From assembly GCA_038824665.1 (NCBI GenBank), contig JAWBBK010000003.1, positions 318 through 64,317 on the forward strand: 64,000 bases of DNA, given 5' to 3'. The DNA is from Acidilobaceae archaeon (lineage in GTDB: Archaea > Thermoproteota > Thermoprotei_A > Sulfolobales > Acidilobaceae). Numbering within the stretch: position 1 is the first letter of the stretch; each line of letters opens with the position of its first letter. The notes under the pieces were generated by a model that had not been told where the DNA came from, ran no database searches, and was given only the letters and a program-made list of their open reading frames with translations. A program made the position numbers and the translations under genes. Shown in pieces: positions 8,740 to 19,111 of this stretch.

Positions 8740-11700
8740 TTGAGAGTCGTAGACAAGTTGTCTTCACAAAGCTACAATCAGTTTAAAGTTGAAGAGTACG
8801 TCAAGAGCTTCTGGAGAGAAAACGAGATCTACAAGAAGATCAAGAAAGCAGAGACTAATAGAACAGCTAAGTTCTACTTTCTGGACGGTCCTCCTTACGC
8901 TTCTGCAAAGTCTATTCATGTTGGAACAGGTTGGAACAAAGTAATTAAAGACATAGTTCTTAGATATCACAGAATGAAAGGCTACAGAGTTTGGGATAGA
9001 CCTGGTTTCGACACACATGGTCTCCCAATAGAAGTCAAGATCGAACAAGCTCTAGGAGTCTCTACTAAAAAAGACATCGTTGAGAAAATAGGTGTAAACA
9101 GATTCGTTGAAGAGTGCAAGAAGTTTGTAGATGAAAACATGCGAGCAATGATCGAACAATTCAAAGAGATCGGGGTCTTCATGGACTGGGAGAACCCCTA
9201 TGTGACTTACACTAACGACTATATAGAGTCTGGATGGTGGCTGATAAAGAAAGCTCATGAAAAAAGCCTTCTTTATAAAGACCTTAAAGTAGTTCATTGG
9301 TGTCCTAGATGTGAGACCACGCTAGCTGATTATGAGGTGTCAGAGTATAGAGACCTAGAAGACCCATCGATATACGTTAAACTACCTATAAGAGGTAAAA
9401 ACAAAGAGTACTTGTTGATTTGGACTACTACTCCTTGGACTTTGCCAGCTAACGTCTTCGTAATGGTACATCCAGACCTTGATTACGTTAGAGTCAAAGT
9501 CTATAATGAGGTATTTATATTAGCTAAAAGCAGAGTTGAAGACGTGTTTAAAGAAGCCGGGATAAAGAGCTATGAGATCTTAGAGGAGTTCAAAGGTTCA
9601 GAGTTAAAAGACCTCGAGTACGATCATCCTCTTGAAGATCTAGTTCCAGCACAAACCGTTGCTAAAAAGTTCCACAAAGTCGTGATAGCTCCTGAAGCTG
9701 TCTCTGCCTATGAAGGAACAGGACTAGTTCATGGAGCTCCAGGTCATGGAACGATAGATTATGAAATAGGGCTTTCTATTGGAGCTCCTGTGTTATCTTT
9801 AGTAGACGAACGAGGCTTTATGACTCAAGAAGCCGGTAAGTACAAACAGCTTTATTTCAGAACTGAAGCTAACGAAGCGATACTGATAGACCTCAAGACT
9901 AGAGGAGTTCTTCTTCACGCTGGCAAAATAGTTCATAGATATCCTGTATGTTGGAGATGTAAAACGCCGCTGGTCTTAAGAGCTACAGAACAGTGGTATA
10001 TAGCTGTCACCAAGCTTAAAGACGAGCTAATCAAAGCTGCAGACGAGACAGAGTGGGTTCCCTCTTGGGCTAAAACTAGATTCGTAAACCTGTTGAAAGA
10101 GCTGAAAGATTGGGTTATAAGCAGACAGAGGTTTTGGGGTATTCCGATACCTATATGGGTTTGTAAAAGCTGTAAACATATAGAAGTCATTGGAAGCGTT
10201 GAAGAGCTTCGCTCTTTAGGAGGAGAGCCTCCAAGAGATCTTCATAGACCATGGATTGATCAAGTGAAGCTCAGATGTCCTAAATGTGGAGGAGTTATGG
10301 AGAGAGTTCCTGACGTTCTCGACGTCTGGTTCGATAGCGGAATAGCTTTTTACGCTAGCTTAGGATATCCGATGAAAAAAGAAGTCTATGAAAGCTTTGA
10401 GCCTGTAGATTTCATAGTAGAAGGTCACGATCAGATCAGAGGTTGGTTCTTCAGCCTTCTTAGAAGCGGAGTCATAGCTTTTGGAAAAAGCCCCTACAAG
10501 AGAGTCCTTGTTCACGGTTTCGCTTTAGACGAACAAGGAAGAGAGATGCATAAGAGTTTAGGCAACTATGTGGACTTTGAGGAACTCATAGCCAGATGTC
10601 CAAGAGATGTGTTTAGATTATGGGTAGCCTCTAACACTGTTTGGGAGGACCTGAAGTTCTCTTGGAGAGGTTTAGAACAGACACAAAGAGACTTCAGCGT
10701 GTTCTGGAACACATTCGTCTTTGCGTCAACCTATATGGGTTTAGATGGCTTCGACCCTGAAGTAGTGAGCTTAAATGACGTTGCTAAACATCTAGAACCA
10801 GAAGACCTATGGCTTCTCTCAAAACTCAATAAGTTGATCAAAGAGTATCGTAAAAGCATGGAGAGTCTAGAGATCCACAACGCTGCAAAAGCGCTCAGAA
10901 GCTTCTTGATAGACGATGTGAGCAGATTCTACATAAGATTGATCAGAAGAGTATGGGAGGAATCCGAGACTCCTTCAAAGACCGCTGCTTACGTGACTTT
11001 ATACAGAGCTCTCAAGACGTGGCTCACGTTAGCTGCTCCTTTCATACCGTTCTTCACAGAGTACGTTTACCAGCACTTCTTTAGAGAAGCTGAAAAAGGA
11101 AGTCCCGAATCCGTTCACATGTTAGAAATGGTAGAACCTGATGAGAAACTGATCAATGAGATCTTGGAAGAAGATGTTGAGATCGTTAGGAGAGTTGCAG
11201 AAACAGCTCTATCAGCAAGAGCTCAAGCAGGACTTAAGTTAAGAAGACCTTTGAGAAGAGCGATAGTCTACACGAGTTCAGAAAAGGTTAAGAAAGCAGT
11301 AGAAAAGTTAAGCGATATGATAAAAGAATTGGTAAACGTAAAAAGCGTTGAAGTAAAGAGCTTAAGCGAACTCGAAGAAGCCAAGATCTATGACGTAAGA
11401 GCTATAGTAAGCGAGATAGGTAAAGACTATAAGAGTCTAGCTCCTCAGATACTCAAAGAGTTTGAGATAAGAAAAGAGGAGCTGATAGAGTCCTTTAAGA
11501 AAAAAGGCTATTTCGAGTTCCTCCTCGGAGACAAGATAGTCAGACTTGAGAACAGACACGTAGAGATCAAAGCTTCTTACCCTGAGTGGATGAGCGTAAG
11601 CGAAGGTCAAGACCACGTAGTGGCTATAGACGTTAGAGTGAGTAGAGAAGAAGAGATGGAAGGTATAGCTCGCGAAGTCGTCAGAAGGGTTCAGTTCATG

Positions 11701-11919
11701 AGGAAAGAGCTTAAACTTCAAGTAGCCGACAACATTGAGCTTTGGATCAATGGAGACCAAGAGCTCTTGAGCGCTGTAAAAGAGTTCGAGAAGTACGTTA
11801 TGAGCGAAACCAGAGCAATAGCTATACACTACATCGAGCCTCCTCAAGACGTTCCTTCAAGGACTTGGGATATAGACGAAAAGACTCTTGTGATAGGAGT
11901 GAAGAGGGCAAGTTCTTGA
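8740..11919 (+). CDS. ileS: Isoleucine--tRNA ligase
   Basis: LDGPPYA, HVGT (HIGH variant), [31 protein letters not shown] and EMHKS motifs. Confidence 0.98.
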   Translation: MRVVDKLSSQSYNQFKVEEYVKSFWRENEIYKKIKKAETNRTAKFYFLDGPPYASAKSIHVGTGWNKVIKDIVLRYHRMKGYRVWDRPGFDTHGLPIEVKIEQALGVSTKKDIVEKIGVNRFVEECKKFVDENMRAMIEQFKEIGVFMDWENPYVTYTNDYIESGWWLIKKAHEKSLLYKDLKVVHWCPRCETTLADYEVSEYRDLEDPSIYVKLPIRGKNKEYLLIWTTTPWTLPANVFVMVHPDLDYVRVKVYNEVFILAKSRVEDVFKEAGIKSYEILEEFKGSELKDLEYDHPLEDLVPAQTVAKKFHKVVIAPEAVSAYEGTGLVHGAPGHGTIDYEIGLSIGAPVLSLVDERGFMTQEAGKYKQLYFRTEANEAILIDLKTRGVLLHAGKIVHRYPVCWRCKTPLVLRATEQWYIAVTKLKDELIKAADETEWVPSWAKTRFVNLLKELKDWVISRQRFWGIPIPIWVCKSCKHIEVIGSVEELRSLGGEPPRDLHRPWIDQVKLRCPKCGGVMERVPDVLDVWFDSGIAFYASLGYPMKKEVYESFEPVDFIVEGHDQIRGWFFSLLRSGVIAFGKSPYKRVLVHGFALDEQGREMHKSLGNYVDFEELIARCPRDVFRLWVASNTVWEDLKFSWRGLEQTQRDFSVFWNTFVFASTYMGLDGFDPEVVSLNDVAKHLEPEDLWLLSKLNKLIKEYRKSMESLEIHNAAKALRSFLIDDVSRFYIRLIRRVWEESETPSKTAAYVTLYRALKTWLTLAAPFIPFFTEYVYQHFFREAEKGSPESVHMLEMVEPDEKLINEILEEDVEIVRRVAETALSARAQAGLKLRRPLRRAIVYTSSEKVKKAVEKLSDMIKELVNVKSVEVKSLSELEEAKIYDVRAIVSEIGKDYKSLAPQILKEFEIRKEELIESFKKKGYFEFLLGDKIVRLENRHVEIKASYPEWMSVSEGQDHVVAIDVRVSREEEMEGIAREVVRRVQFMRKELKLQVADNIELWINGDQELLSAVKEFEKYVMSETRAIAIHYIEPPQDVPSRTWDIDEKTLVIGVKRASS

Positions 11920-11920
11920 A

Positions 11921-12616
11921 TTGGATAAAGACGTTAACGGAGTTGAACGCAGTCTAGTTGTAGTGCGTCCAAGCGAGCTCAGACTTTACGCTTACTGTCC
12001 TAGACTTCTGTTTCTTAGAGAACATCTAGGTCTTCGTAAAAGCTTGTGGCTAGAGCTGAGAGCGTTTGTCGGTAGAGTATATCATTTCTTCTTAAACCTC
12101 ATAGCCTTTTTGAAAGGCTTTAGAGTAGAGAGTTCTTTTGAAGAAAGGCTTGGAAACGTTGTGCTCAAAGGAAGACCTGATCACTATAAGATAGAAAAAG
12201 GAGTAGCTGAAGTGGTTGAAGTGAAGAGTTCTAAAGGTCCTAAAGACGGAGTGTGGTTAAGCGACCTTCTACAAGTCGCTGCCTACGGTTTAGTCTTAGC
12301 TAGAAGAGGAGCTCAAAGAGTAGAGCTAGTGGTTAAGTACGTAAACGGAAACAGAAAAACCGAGCTCTCTTCAGAGCTAGCTTTAATGGTGCTGAAATCT
12401 CTAGACGATACGACATTGATTAAAAGCTATGGACTAGTTCCTGTAGCTCTTAGAGGAGAGAAAAAGTGTAAAAAGTGTCTCTACCGAAGAGAGTGTTACG
12501 ATATCGATGAAAACCTTAAGATCGAGAACGAACTCGCAGACGAAGTTGGAAGCTGGCTAAAAAACGTTAAGAACGTCTACAAAGCGATTCCTTCAAGCGA
12601 TAAGGTTCAACTTTGA
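11921..12616 (+). CDS. cas4: Solo Cas4-like PD-(D/E)xK nuclease with Fe-S cysteines
   Basis: YCPR, GRPD, EVKS, QVAAY and CKKC...C. Confidence 0.8.
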   Translation: MDKDVNGVERSLVVVRPSELRLYAYCPRLLFLREHLGLRKSLWLELRAFVGRVYHFFLNLIAFLKGFRVESSFEERLGNVVLKGRPDHYKIEKGVAEVVEVKSSKGPKDGVWLSDLLQVAAYGLVLARRGAQRVELVVKYVNGNRKTELSSELALMVLKSLDDTTLIKSYGLVPVALRGEKKCKKCLYRRECYDIDENLKIENELADEVGSWLKNVKNVYKAIPSSDKVQL

Positions 12617-12665
12617 AGAAAGTCTTAGCTTTAAGTTCCTTAAAGCTCTAAACGATCTTAAAGCT

Positions 12666-13118
12666 TTGGTGAATAAAATCGCGATAGCTTTGAGATACAG
12701 CGGCGAGCTGTCTTTAAACACATCACCTGAGAGAGTTAGAAGAACTCTTTTTCAAATCGACGAACTGATCAAGTGTTTACCAGGCTATAAGAGACATGAG
12801 ATGTTTAACGAAAGAAAAGCGAAGATCGTAGTAGAAGTCGTTATAGGTCCTATATCGGGAGATGTCGATATAATGGCTGACATCGTTTTCGACAACGATA
12901 TTGTAATAAAAGGAGAAGGTTCAGGACTGTTGAGCAAAATGAGTTTTGTCTTAAAGCTAAAGATAGAAGAAAAGGAGAAAGGCGCTTTGCTCAAATGGAG
13001 TTTTGAAGGAGTTCTGGAAGGACTAGCTGCGAAGTTCGATAAGAGGCTTATAGACTACGTTGCACAAACGTGGATCGATAAAATGAAAGATGAGCTCAGA
13101 AAGAAGCTTGAGTTCTAG
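12666..13118 (+). CDS. CoxG/SRPBCC family protein
   Basis: LIKCLPG...VVIGPISG pattern of CoxG. Confidence 0.8.
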   Translation: MVNKIAIALRYSGELSLNTSPERVRRTLFQIDELIKCLPGYKRHEMFNERKAKIVVEVVIGPISGDVDIMADIVFDNDIVIKGEGSGLLSKMSFVLKLKIEEKEKGALLKWSFEGVLEGLAAKFDKRLIDYVAQTWIDKMKDELRKKLEF

Positions 13119-13155
13119 AAGGATTAAAGGCTTCTCGCAAAATTTCAGACAAGGA

Positions 13156-13232
13156 GGGCCCGTAGCTCAGCTTGGTGGAGCGCCCGGCTGATAACCGGGA
13201 GGTCGGGGGTTCGAATCCCCCCGGGCCCACCA
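13156..13232 (+). tRNA. tRNA-Ile(GAU), CCA encoded
   Basis: Cloverleaf gggcccg...cccgg-ctGATaa-ccggg...ttcgaat...cgggccc-acca. Confidence 0.97.
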
Positions 13233-13257
13233 GAGTTCTCTATCCAGAGTTCTCTAT
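13230..13257 (+). repeat. 14-bp perfect tandem duplication starting at the tRNA CCA
   Basis: ccagagttctctat repeated twice. Confidence 0.85.
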
Positions 13258-13435
13258 ATAGTGTTAGTTATTGTGTCGTGATCGATATAGTTAAAACCTC
13301 TTTCCTCAAAAGCTGTTCTGTCACGTCTTTCAGCTAGAAAGCCTCTTTTTCTTAAACTCTAAATCGTTTCGTTCAACGATCTCAGATTTCAACAACCTAA
13401 CGTCTCTCATGAGTTAAGCTTATATGAAACCTAAG

Positions 13436-13511
13436 TGGTAGCCGGGCGGGGATTCGAACCCCGGTCACGGGGGCCAGAGCCCCGCATCCTGGGCCGCTAG
13501 ACGACCCGGCT
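13436..13511 (-). tRNA. tRNA-Gln(CUG), CCA encoded
   Basis: Reverse complement agccggg...ggg-ctCTGgc-ccc...ttcgaat...cccggct-acca. Confidence 0.96.
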
Positions 13512-13539
13512 TCGACTATTATCATATAAGGTCGAACTT

Positions 13540-14190
13540 TTAAGCTCTAAATACGTCGAGAACCTCTTCGACTATTGAAGTCCAAGGGATTAAAGCTGTA
13601 AGCCTTCCGCTCTCTTCCGATAAAGCTCCTTCTCTTAAACAGACCTCCAGAACTTCTTCAAGGTTTCTTTTAGTTAGAGCTAAGATCACTGTCAAAGCTT
13701 TGACTGCGGACCTTGAAGCTCTTAGGTTTGACGAACGGACTATCTTGAAGCTTTCTGCGAGTTCTAAAGTTGCTTTCTGAACAACCTCTTTAGAAGCGTC
13801 TGTTTGAATTCTTCTTCTGCTAAGGAATTCAACTCTAAAGCCTTTTCTCTTAAGGTACTCCGCTAACACATCTATCGGTATTTGAGTTCCAGAAAGCTCC
13901 TTTAACTCATCTGCAGATATGCTTCTAAGTCTCTTTTTAGTCTTTTCGCTTCTCTCTACCTTATAGGAGGCCAAGAGTCGACGTATTCGTTCAAGCGACA
14001 TGATGATCTCTGTCTCTGACCCGTAGAGCTCTAATCTCACTTTGTCTCCTAATATAACTATGTTGGCTGTTTTCGTAGCTAAGCTCTTAGAGAGCTTCTC
14101 TAAAAAGGACTGAAGGTCGTTTTTAGCTACTTCAGGTATAGGAAGATATCTTACGAAAGTCTTGGACACATCACCACCTCTTAAGACCAA
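13540..14190 (-). CDS. Conserved archaeal protein (DUF2067-like)
   Basis: Coupled downstream of csl4; family call from context and overall similarity. Confidence 0.55.
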   Translation of the reverse strand: MVLRGGDVSKTFVRYLPIPEVAKNDLQSFLEKLSKSLATKTANIVILGDKVRLELYGSETEIIMSLERIRRLLASYKVERSEKTKKRLRSISADELKELSGTQIPIDVLAEYLKRKGFRVEFLSRRRIQTDASKEVVQKATLELAESFKIVRSSNLRASRSAVKALTVILALTKRNLEEVLEVCLREGALSEESGRLTALIPWTSIVEEVLDVFRA

Positions 14191-14821
14191 GCAAAAACCT
14201 AAGTCCTATAGGAATTACCTTATTGGAAGGAGCTAAAGTCGAGACCTTTCGAGACTCTATGTTACCGCAATTGCTACAAGTCATAGATTTGCTTCCTATA
14301 GGTTTTAAGAGCGAAAGACATTTAGAACACATAGCGTAAAGCACACCGTATTGCGGAGATTTCGTAGTTAAAACGTAGGGGTTGTTGTTGTTTAACGCTT
14401 TAGCTACAACTAGGTCTCCAGGTCTATAGTAATCATATAGGTCGTTAATGAACTCGTTAGCCACTTGACTTATAGGTAGAAGTCCTGTGAGCAAACCCGA
14501 TAACTCTACAAAACCTCCTAAAGAGTTTCCAGAGATCGTAACGAGACCGTATATGTCTATAGTGACTATGTCTTGTCTTACGCTAGAGACTATTCCGAAA
14601 ACGTTAGAACCTCGTCTCACCGTTTTGACTCTAGACAAAGAGTTTAGAGATATAGTCTTAGAGTTTACGTCTGCAGAGACTATTCCTACGAGCGCTGACC
14701 TTAAATAGCCGTCTTTATCTTCGTACACTCCGCTTGCTCTGCTGAACTCCTCTACAACAGCTACTCTATCTCCCGGTAAGACTATCTCGTTCCTTCTCTT
14801 TTCTTTCGAAACAGAAGACAT
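14171..14821 (-). CDS. csl4: Exosome RNA-binding subunit Csl4
   Basis: VLPGD..AVVEEF, S1 domain, GVLYAMCSKC...CSNCGNIESRKVS zinc ribbon. Confidence 0.93.
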   Translation of the reverse strand: MSSVSKEKRRNEIVLPGDRVAVVEEFSRASGVYEDKDGYLRSALVGIVSADVNSKTISLNSLSRVKTVRRGSNVFGIVSSVRQDIVTIDIYGLVTISGNSLGGFVELSGLLTGLLPISQVANEFINDLYDYYRPGDLVVAKALNNNNPYVLTTKSPQYGVLYAMCSKCLSLLKPIGSKSMTCSNCGNIESRKVSTLAPSNKVIPIGLRFLLGLKRW

Positions 14822-15422
14822 CGACTTTCACCCGTCTCACTCTACTCCTATGATGCTTCATGCTAGCGGGGATATCTATGCTGTCCTTTGAGAGAAACCT
14901 GATCTCATATCCGTTTTTCGAAGCTAGTCTTCGGTGATAGCTTAAGTTTCCTGACTTCAGTATAGCGTATACTCTACGAGGTCTAAGAGAGAAGGAGTAG
15001 AGTAAGAACTCTGTGTCTGAACCTCTTCTATGAACTCCAAAAGGAGGATTCATTATGACTAACGAAGGAGCTCCTGAAGCTATAGGTCCCTCGTCTCTAC
15101 AAATCATTGACGCTACGAAGAGAAGCCTTTCTGAAAGACCTAGTTCTCGAGCTGCTCTAAGACAGATCTCAGAAAGTCGAAAGTCCGCTTCAACGGCTAC
15201 AGCTCGAGAAGCTCCTAGCAATAAAGCGGCTAAAGCAAGCCTACAGGTTCCTGCTCCTAGGTCTACTACATCTTTATCGTCCAGCTCTCCGCTAAGCTTA
15301 GCGTGAAGAGCTATCTTGAGAGCGAGATCAGCAGGAGTCGTGTATTGTTCTAGCTCTACGCGTGGACTCGGTATTTCAGAAGCTACTCTCTCTAAGACGC
15401 TAGCGAGACCTCTAAGGCTCAG
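14766..15422 (-). CDS. METTL5-family SAM-dependent methyltransferase (probable CTG start)
   Basis: Frame extends beyond the track ORF through LEQYTTP and VVDLGAGTCRL; NPPFG downstream; only CTG codons (15422, 15464) precede these motifs. Confidence 0.85.
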   Translation of the reverse strand: MSLRGLASVLERVASEIPSPRVELEQYTTPADLALKIALHAKLSGELDDKDVVDLGAGTCRLALAALLLGASRAVAVEADFRLSEICLRAARELGLSERLLFVASMICRDEGPIASGAPSLVIMNPPFGVHRRGSDTEFLLYSFSLRPRRVYAILKSGNLSYHRRLASKNGYEIRFLSKDSIDIPASMKHHRSRVRRVKVDVFCFERKEKERDSLTGR

Positions 15423-15510
15423 CTCGTCTCCCCTTAAATTCTCTTTAGATTTGTACGCTCTCAGCCTTTATTAGCCTCTTTCAATTCTATCTTGTTTTCT
15501 AAACGTGCTT

Positions 15511-15978
15511 TCACTTTTCTTTAGGCATATTTAAAACTGACATCACTATCTCGTAGAGCTCTGGGTCTTTCTCTTTGAGTTTAGAAAGAGTCCAAGGCTT
15601 CCATCCTCCTCTCTTCACTCCTCTTATAGTTGAAGCTACCCACGTCTGATAGATCTTACCGCAATTGTTATGGTTTTTACAACTGTTTTCGAGAAATCTC
15701 TGAACGACTTTAAGAGCTTCTTCATCGCTTAGTTTCTTCACGTTAACGAGATATCTGCTAATCACATAAAGAATGAGACGAGCTCTGCCGTCAGGTACTC
15801 CTTTCTCTATTAGCTCTTCTACCCATTTATAAGAAGGTCTGGACTTCTTTCGGCTCTCATAGCTCTCACAGACGTCTAGAGGAGTACACAAACTCTTTAG
15901 AAACTCCTCAAGAGCTCTCTTACACTCCTCTAGACCGCTCTTACAAGCCTTGAGAACGTTGTTCCATCCGTTACTCAA
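15511..15978 (-). CDS. priX: Primase non-catalytic subunit PriX
   Basis: YKWVEELIEKGVPDGRARLILYVISRYLVNVK...KIYQTWV...WKPW. Confidence 0.88.
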   Translation of the reverse strand: MSNGWNNVLKACKSGLEECKRALEEFLKSLCTPLDVCESYESRKKSRPSYKWVEELIEKGVPDGRARLILYVISRYLVNVKKLSDEEALKVVQRFLENSCKNHNNCGKIYQTWVASTIRGVKRGGWKPWTLSKLKEKDPELYEIVMSVLNMPKEK

Positions 15979-15990
15979 AGCTGTCGTCCT

Positions 15991-16587
15991 CTAAAGCCTC
16001 ATCGTACGAACTTCGTGAACTGAGTTCGCTACGATCGTTATCACTGCGTAGTAACCTAGGGTTATAGACCCAGCGTTTACAAACAAAGTCTTGTCTCGTC
16101 TAAGAGTTCCGATGTCCTCGTGTACGTGACCAAAAACATGGAGAACAGGCTTTAGAGAGTTCGAAAAAAGAGCTAACTCTAAATATCCTCTGCTAATTCC
16201 GTAAGGACTTGAATCCAACACTCCTAAAGGAGGATGATGAGAAGCTAGGACTAGAGTCTCAGACCGCTCTCTCATAAAGACGTCTCTTGGAGACATGATG
16301 TTGTTTATGGTCTCAAGCCCTCCGACTCCGATTATCGCTATATCTCTTATCTCTTTCTGAACTCCGTCAAGTAAAGAACCTCTTTTCTTGAGAACTCTAT
16401 ATATTGCAGGGTTGTCAAGTTCTCCAGTTACAGCATAGACTTCGCCTCCTTCTTCTAATAAGAGTTCCGCTACGTCTACACACTCGAAGTCTCCAGTATA
16501 GATCACGAAGTCAAACGACTCTCTTCTCAACGCTTTCAATAGATTAGAACTCTCGCAATGAGCGTCAGAAAGGTGAAGCACTCTCAA
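15991..16587 (-). CDS. Calcineurin-like metallophosphoesterase
   Basis: SDAH, TGD, HHPP, FGHVHE and VNAGS motifs. Confidence 0.92.
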   Translation of the reverse strand: MRVLHLSDAHCESSNLLKALRRESFDFVIYTGDFECVDVAELLLEEGGEVYAVTGELDNPAIYRVLKKRGSLLDGVQKEIRDIAIIGVGGLETINNIMSPRDVFMRERSETLVLASHHPPLGVLDSSPYGISRGYLELALFSNSLKPVLHVFGHVHEDIGTLRRDKTLFVNAGSITLGYYAVITIVANSVHEVRTMRL

Positions 16588-16606
16588 AAGCCTGTCGACC
16601 TCGACA

Positions 16607-17035
16607 TCAGCTTTCTGTCTCTCCGATAAAAGTCAATAAGATACGTCTTGACCTCGGACCGTCCATCTCTATTACCATTACTCTTTGCCAAGTGCCTAAC
16701 GCTAGCCTTCCGTTGACTACAGGAATTATTCTTTCGCCTCCGATTAGCACGCTAGAGAGATGAGCGTGTGCGTTATGGTCTATTAAGTTATGCTTCCAGA
16801 AAGCGTTAGGTTTTGACAGCTCAACCAACATACTGATTATGTCTTCTCTTAGACCAGGCTCGTTCTCATTGATAACGATCGCCATAGTGGTATGAGAAGA
16901 ATATACTAGCAATATTCCGTTTTTAGTTTTAATCTCTCTTAACCATTCCTCAATTTTGTTTGTAATGTCTACGACCTCGCGCTCTCTTCTAGTCTCTATC
17001 TCCAGACTTCCATGAACGACTCTCAGGACCTTCAC
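16607..17035 (-). CDS. yjbQ: YjbQ/UPF0047 secondary thiamine-phosphate synthase family protein
   Basis: HTT..I.INE, NAHAHL, LGTWQ and EMDGPR motifs. Confidence 0.93.
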   Translation of the reverse strand: MKVLRVVHGSLEIETRREREVVDITNKIEEWLREIKTKNGILLVYSSHTTMAIVINENEPGLREDIISMLVELSKPNAFWKHNLIDHNAHAHLSSVLIGGERIIPVVNGRLALGTWQRVMVIEMDGPRSRRILLTFIGETES

Positions 17036-17091
17036 CCTCCTTCCTTAAGGCTCAGCATACTTAATAGCTCCTAGAAACTTCTCTTTCAGTA

Positions 17092-17170
17092 TCGGGATGC
17101 CCGGCTTCAGCTCCCTCGAGGTGGGAGCGAGACCGAAGAAAGCGATGAGGATGTGGCGGCTGTGGAACCG
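17092..17170 (-). ncRNA. Candidate GC-rich structured RNA
   Basis: Intergenic GC island; minus-strand hairpin ttcggt-ctc-gctccc-acctcga-gggagc-tgaa-gccggg with G-U pairs. Confidence 0.35.
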
Positions 17171-17187
17171 TTTTGGTGTCATAACCT

Positions 17188-19056
17188 ATGAACAACGAAA
17201 ACGTTCGCTTTCCCTACGACTCTTTCAGAAAAGGCCAAAAAGAGCTCAGCGACGAAATAGCTCAAGGAGTCGCTAATGGCGATATAGTAGTCATTAGAGC
17301 TCCTACGGGTTTTGGGAAGACAGCTGCAGTCATCTACGGGCTTCTGAAAGCCAAAAGCGAAAGAGTTCTCTACGTAGTGAGAACCGTTAACGAGATAGAC
17401 CCAGTGGTTAGAGAACTAAAAAGATTCGAAGTGCCGTTCACCTTCCTCTTCTCTGCGAGAAGGGTTTGTCCTCTTCTACAAAAACATCGTCAAGAAGTTC
17501 TCTTAAACCACGAAGACTTTTGGAGAAACTGTTCTATAGTGAGACTTAAAGGACTATGTCCCTATTACGAGAAGTCCTCTCAAGTAGACATCGCCGAAGT
17601 TCTCAAATACCTCTTTAAACATCAAGAATTTCATGCACGTCAAATAGCTTTAGATTTAACGAAAGAGTTCGGAGTATGTCCTTTCTTCTCACTTATAAAG
17701 CTCATAAGCTCTTCTAACGTGATCGTAGCTACATACCCTTATCTCTTCGAGAAAGAGATATTCAAGGAGGTCTTCTATGACTACGACTATTCAGATCTCG
17801 TAGTAGTTGTAGATGAAGGTCATAATCTCCTTAACGCACAAAGCATAGTCGAGCGTAGAGTAAATCTTGAAGAGCTAAGAGAAGCCGTACGAGAGATCAG
17901 AAAACATAGACCAGAGGCTTCAGAGCTAGCTTCTGTGTTAGAACGAACTCATAACTTTTTTGTTTCTTTAGCTAATCGCAAGTGGAGAGGACTTGCCTAT
18001 GTAGATAAAAACGTCATAGCGGAAGCTATAGAATCCTGTGAGCTTTTATCCGATCTTGAGAATGAGATCAGAGAAGAACTTTTGCTTAAAGCTCTTCTTG
18101 GCTCAGAGAGTCTCGCTATCGCTAGGCTCTCTCTCAGCAAGGTGGTCAGATGGTTAAAGAGTTTAAAGAGTTCTGAAAACTATCTATTCGTTGCTTACGA
18201 AGAAGGCTCTTTGCAACTGATCTCTACTCCTCTTGACCCTGCTGTTGTAGTGAAAGAGCCTTTAGACCTTAGCAAAGCTTCGATAGTGATGAGTGGAACC
18301 TTGCCTCCTTTAGAGACGTTCAAAGCTATCGTAGAGGTAACGAAACCTATAAGGTATATAGATGTAGAGATCCTTTATGGACCTCTCGTTCCTCGCTCTA
18401 ACGTTTTGACCTTAGTCGCTACAGACGTCACGACTCTTTATAGAGAAAGAGGAGCTCATATGTACTCAAAAATAGCGAGATATTTGGTAACTATATCTAG
18501 AACTCTCCCCGGACCCAAGCTAGTCGTTTATCCTAGTTATGATGTGATGAAGTCTGTAACTGACCTGATGCCTATAGACCTCGATATAATCGTAGAGTCG
18601 TCGTCTACTGGTTTAGATGAAGTAGAAGAGAGAGTTAGAAGTTCTTCAAACGTTCTAGTTAACGCCGTAGCTGGAGGAAAGCTAGTCGAAGGAGTAGAGT
18701 TCACTGACGTAGAGGGCAAAAACGTTCTCCACATAGTAGTGGTCATTGGAGTTCCCTTCCCTTTAGCTGACGACTTTACTGAGATGGCTATAAAAACTCT
18801 TTCTAAAAGGTTCAAAAGTCAGAAGGACGCTAGAAGAGGCTTTTATTTAAGCATAGCGATTACGAGAGTCAAACAGGCTCTCGGAAGAGCTGTGAGATCT
18901 CCTGAAGACAAAGCGGTCTTCGTGTTGTTAGATTATAGATACTTCAGAAAAGACTTGAGAGAGCTATTAAATATAAAATATGATAAAGTAGTGGGCAGTC
19001 CTGAAGAACTCGAAGAGCTGTTGAAAGACGTTCAGAACTTTTTGGAGAACGCTTAG
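17188..19056 (+). CDS. xpd: XPD/Rad3-family Fe-S DNA helicase
   Basis: FPY..FRKGQ, APTGFGKT, four Fe-S Cys, DEGHN, SGTL, EGVEF and QALGRAVR motifs. Confidence 0.95.
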   Translation: MNNENVRFPYDSFRKGQKELSDEIAQGVANGDIVVIRAPTGFGKTAAVIYGLLKAKSERVLYVVRTVNEIDPVVRELKRFEVPFTFLFSARRVCPLLQKHRQEVLLNHEDFWRNCSIVRLKGLCPYYEKSSQVDIAEVLKYLFKHQEFHARQIALDLTKEFGVCPFFSLIKLISSSNVIVATYPYLFEKEIFKEVFYDYDYSDLVVVVDEGHNLLNAQSIVERRVNLEELREAVREIRKHRPEASELASVLERTHNFFVSLANRKWRGLAYVDKNVIAEAIESCELLSDLENEIREELLLKALLGSESLAIARLSLSKVVRWLKSLKSSENYLFVAYEEGSLQLISTPLDPAVVVKEPLDLSKASIVMSGTLPPLETFKAIVEVTKPIRYIDVEILYGPLVPRSNVLTLVATDVTTLYRERGAHMYSKIARYLVTISRTLPGPKLVVYPSYDVMKSVTDLMPIDLDIIVESSSTGLDEVEERVRSSSNVLVNAVAGGKLVEGVEFTDVEGKNVLHIVVVIGVPFPLADDFTEMAIKTLSKRFKSQKDARRGFYLSIAITRVKQALGRAVRSPEDKAVFVLLDYRYFRKDLRELLNIKYDKVVGSPEELEELLKDVQNFLENA

Positions 19057-19111
19057 ATAAGACTCTAAGGTTTAATATTTCTTAGCGCTTTATCCGTTTA
19101 GGGATTACTCG

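Noticed and set aside
17040-17187. TPP riboswitch upstream of yjbQ
   Set aside because: The conserved CUGAGA and ACCUGA...AGGGA elements are absent.
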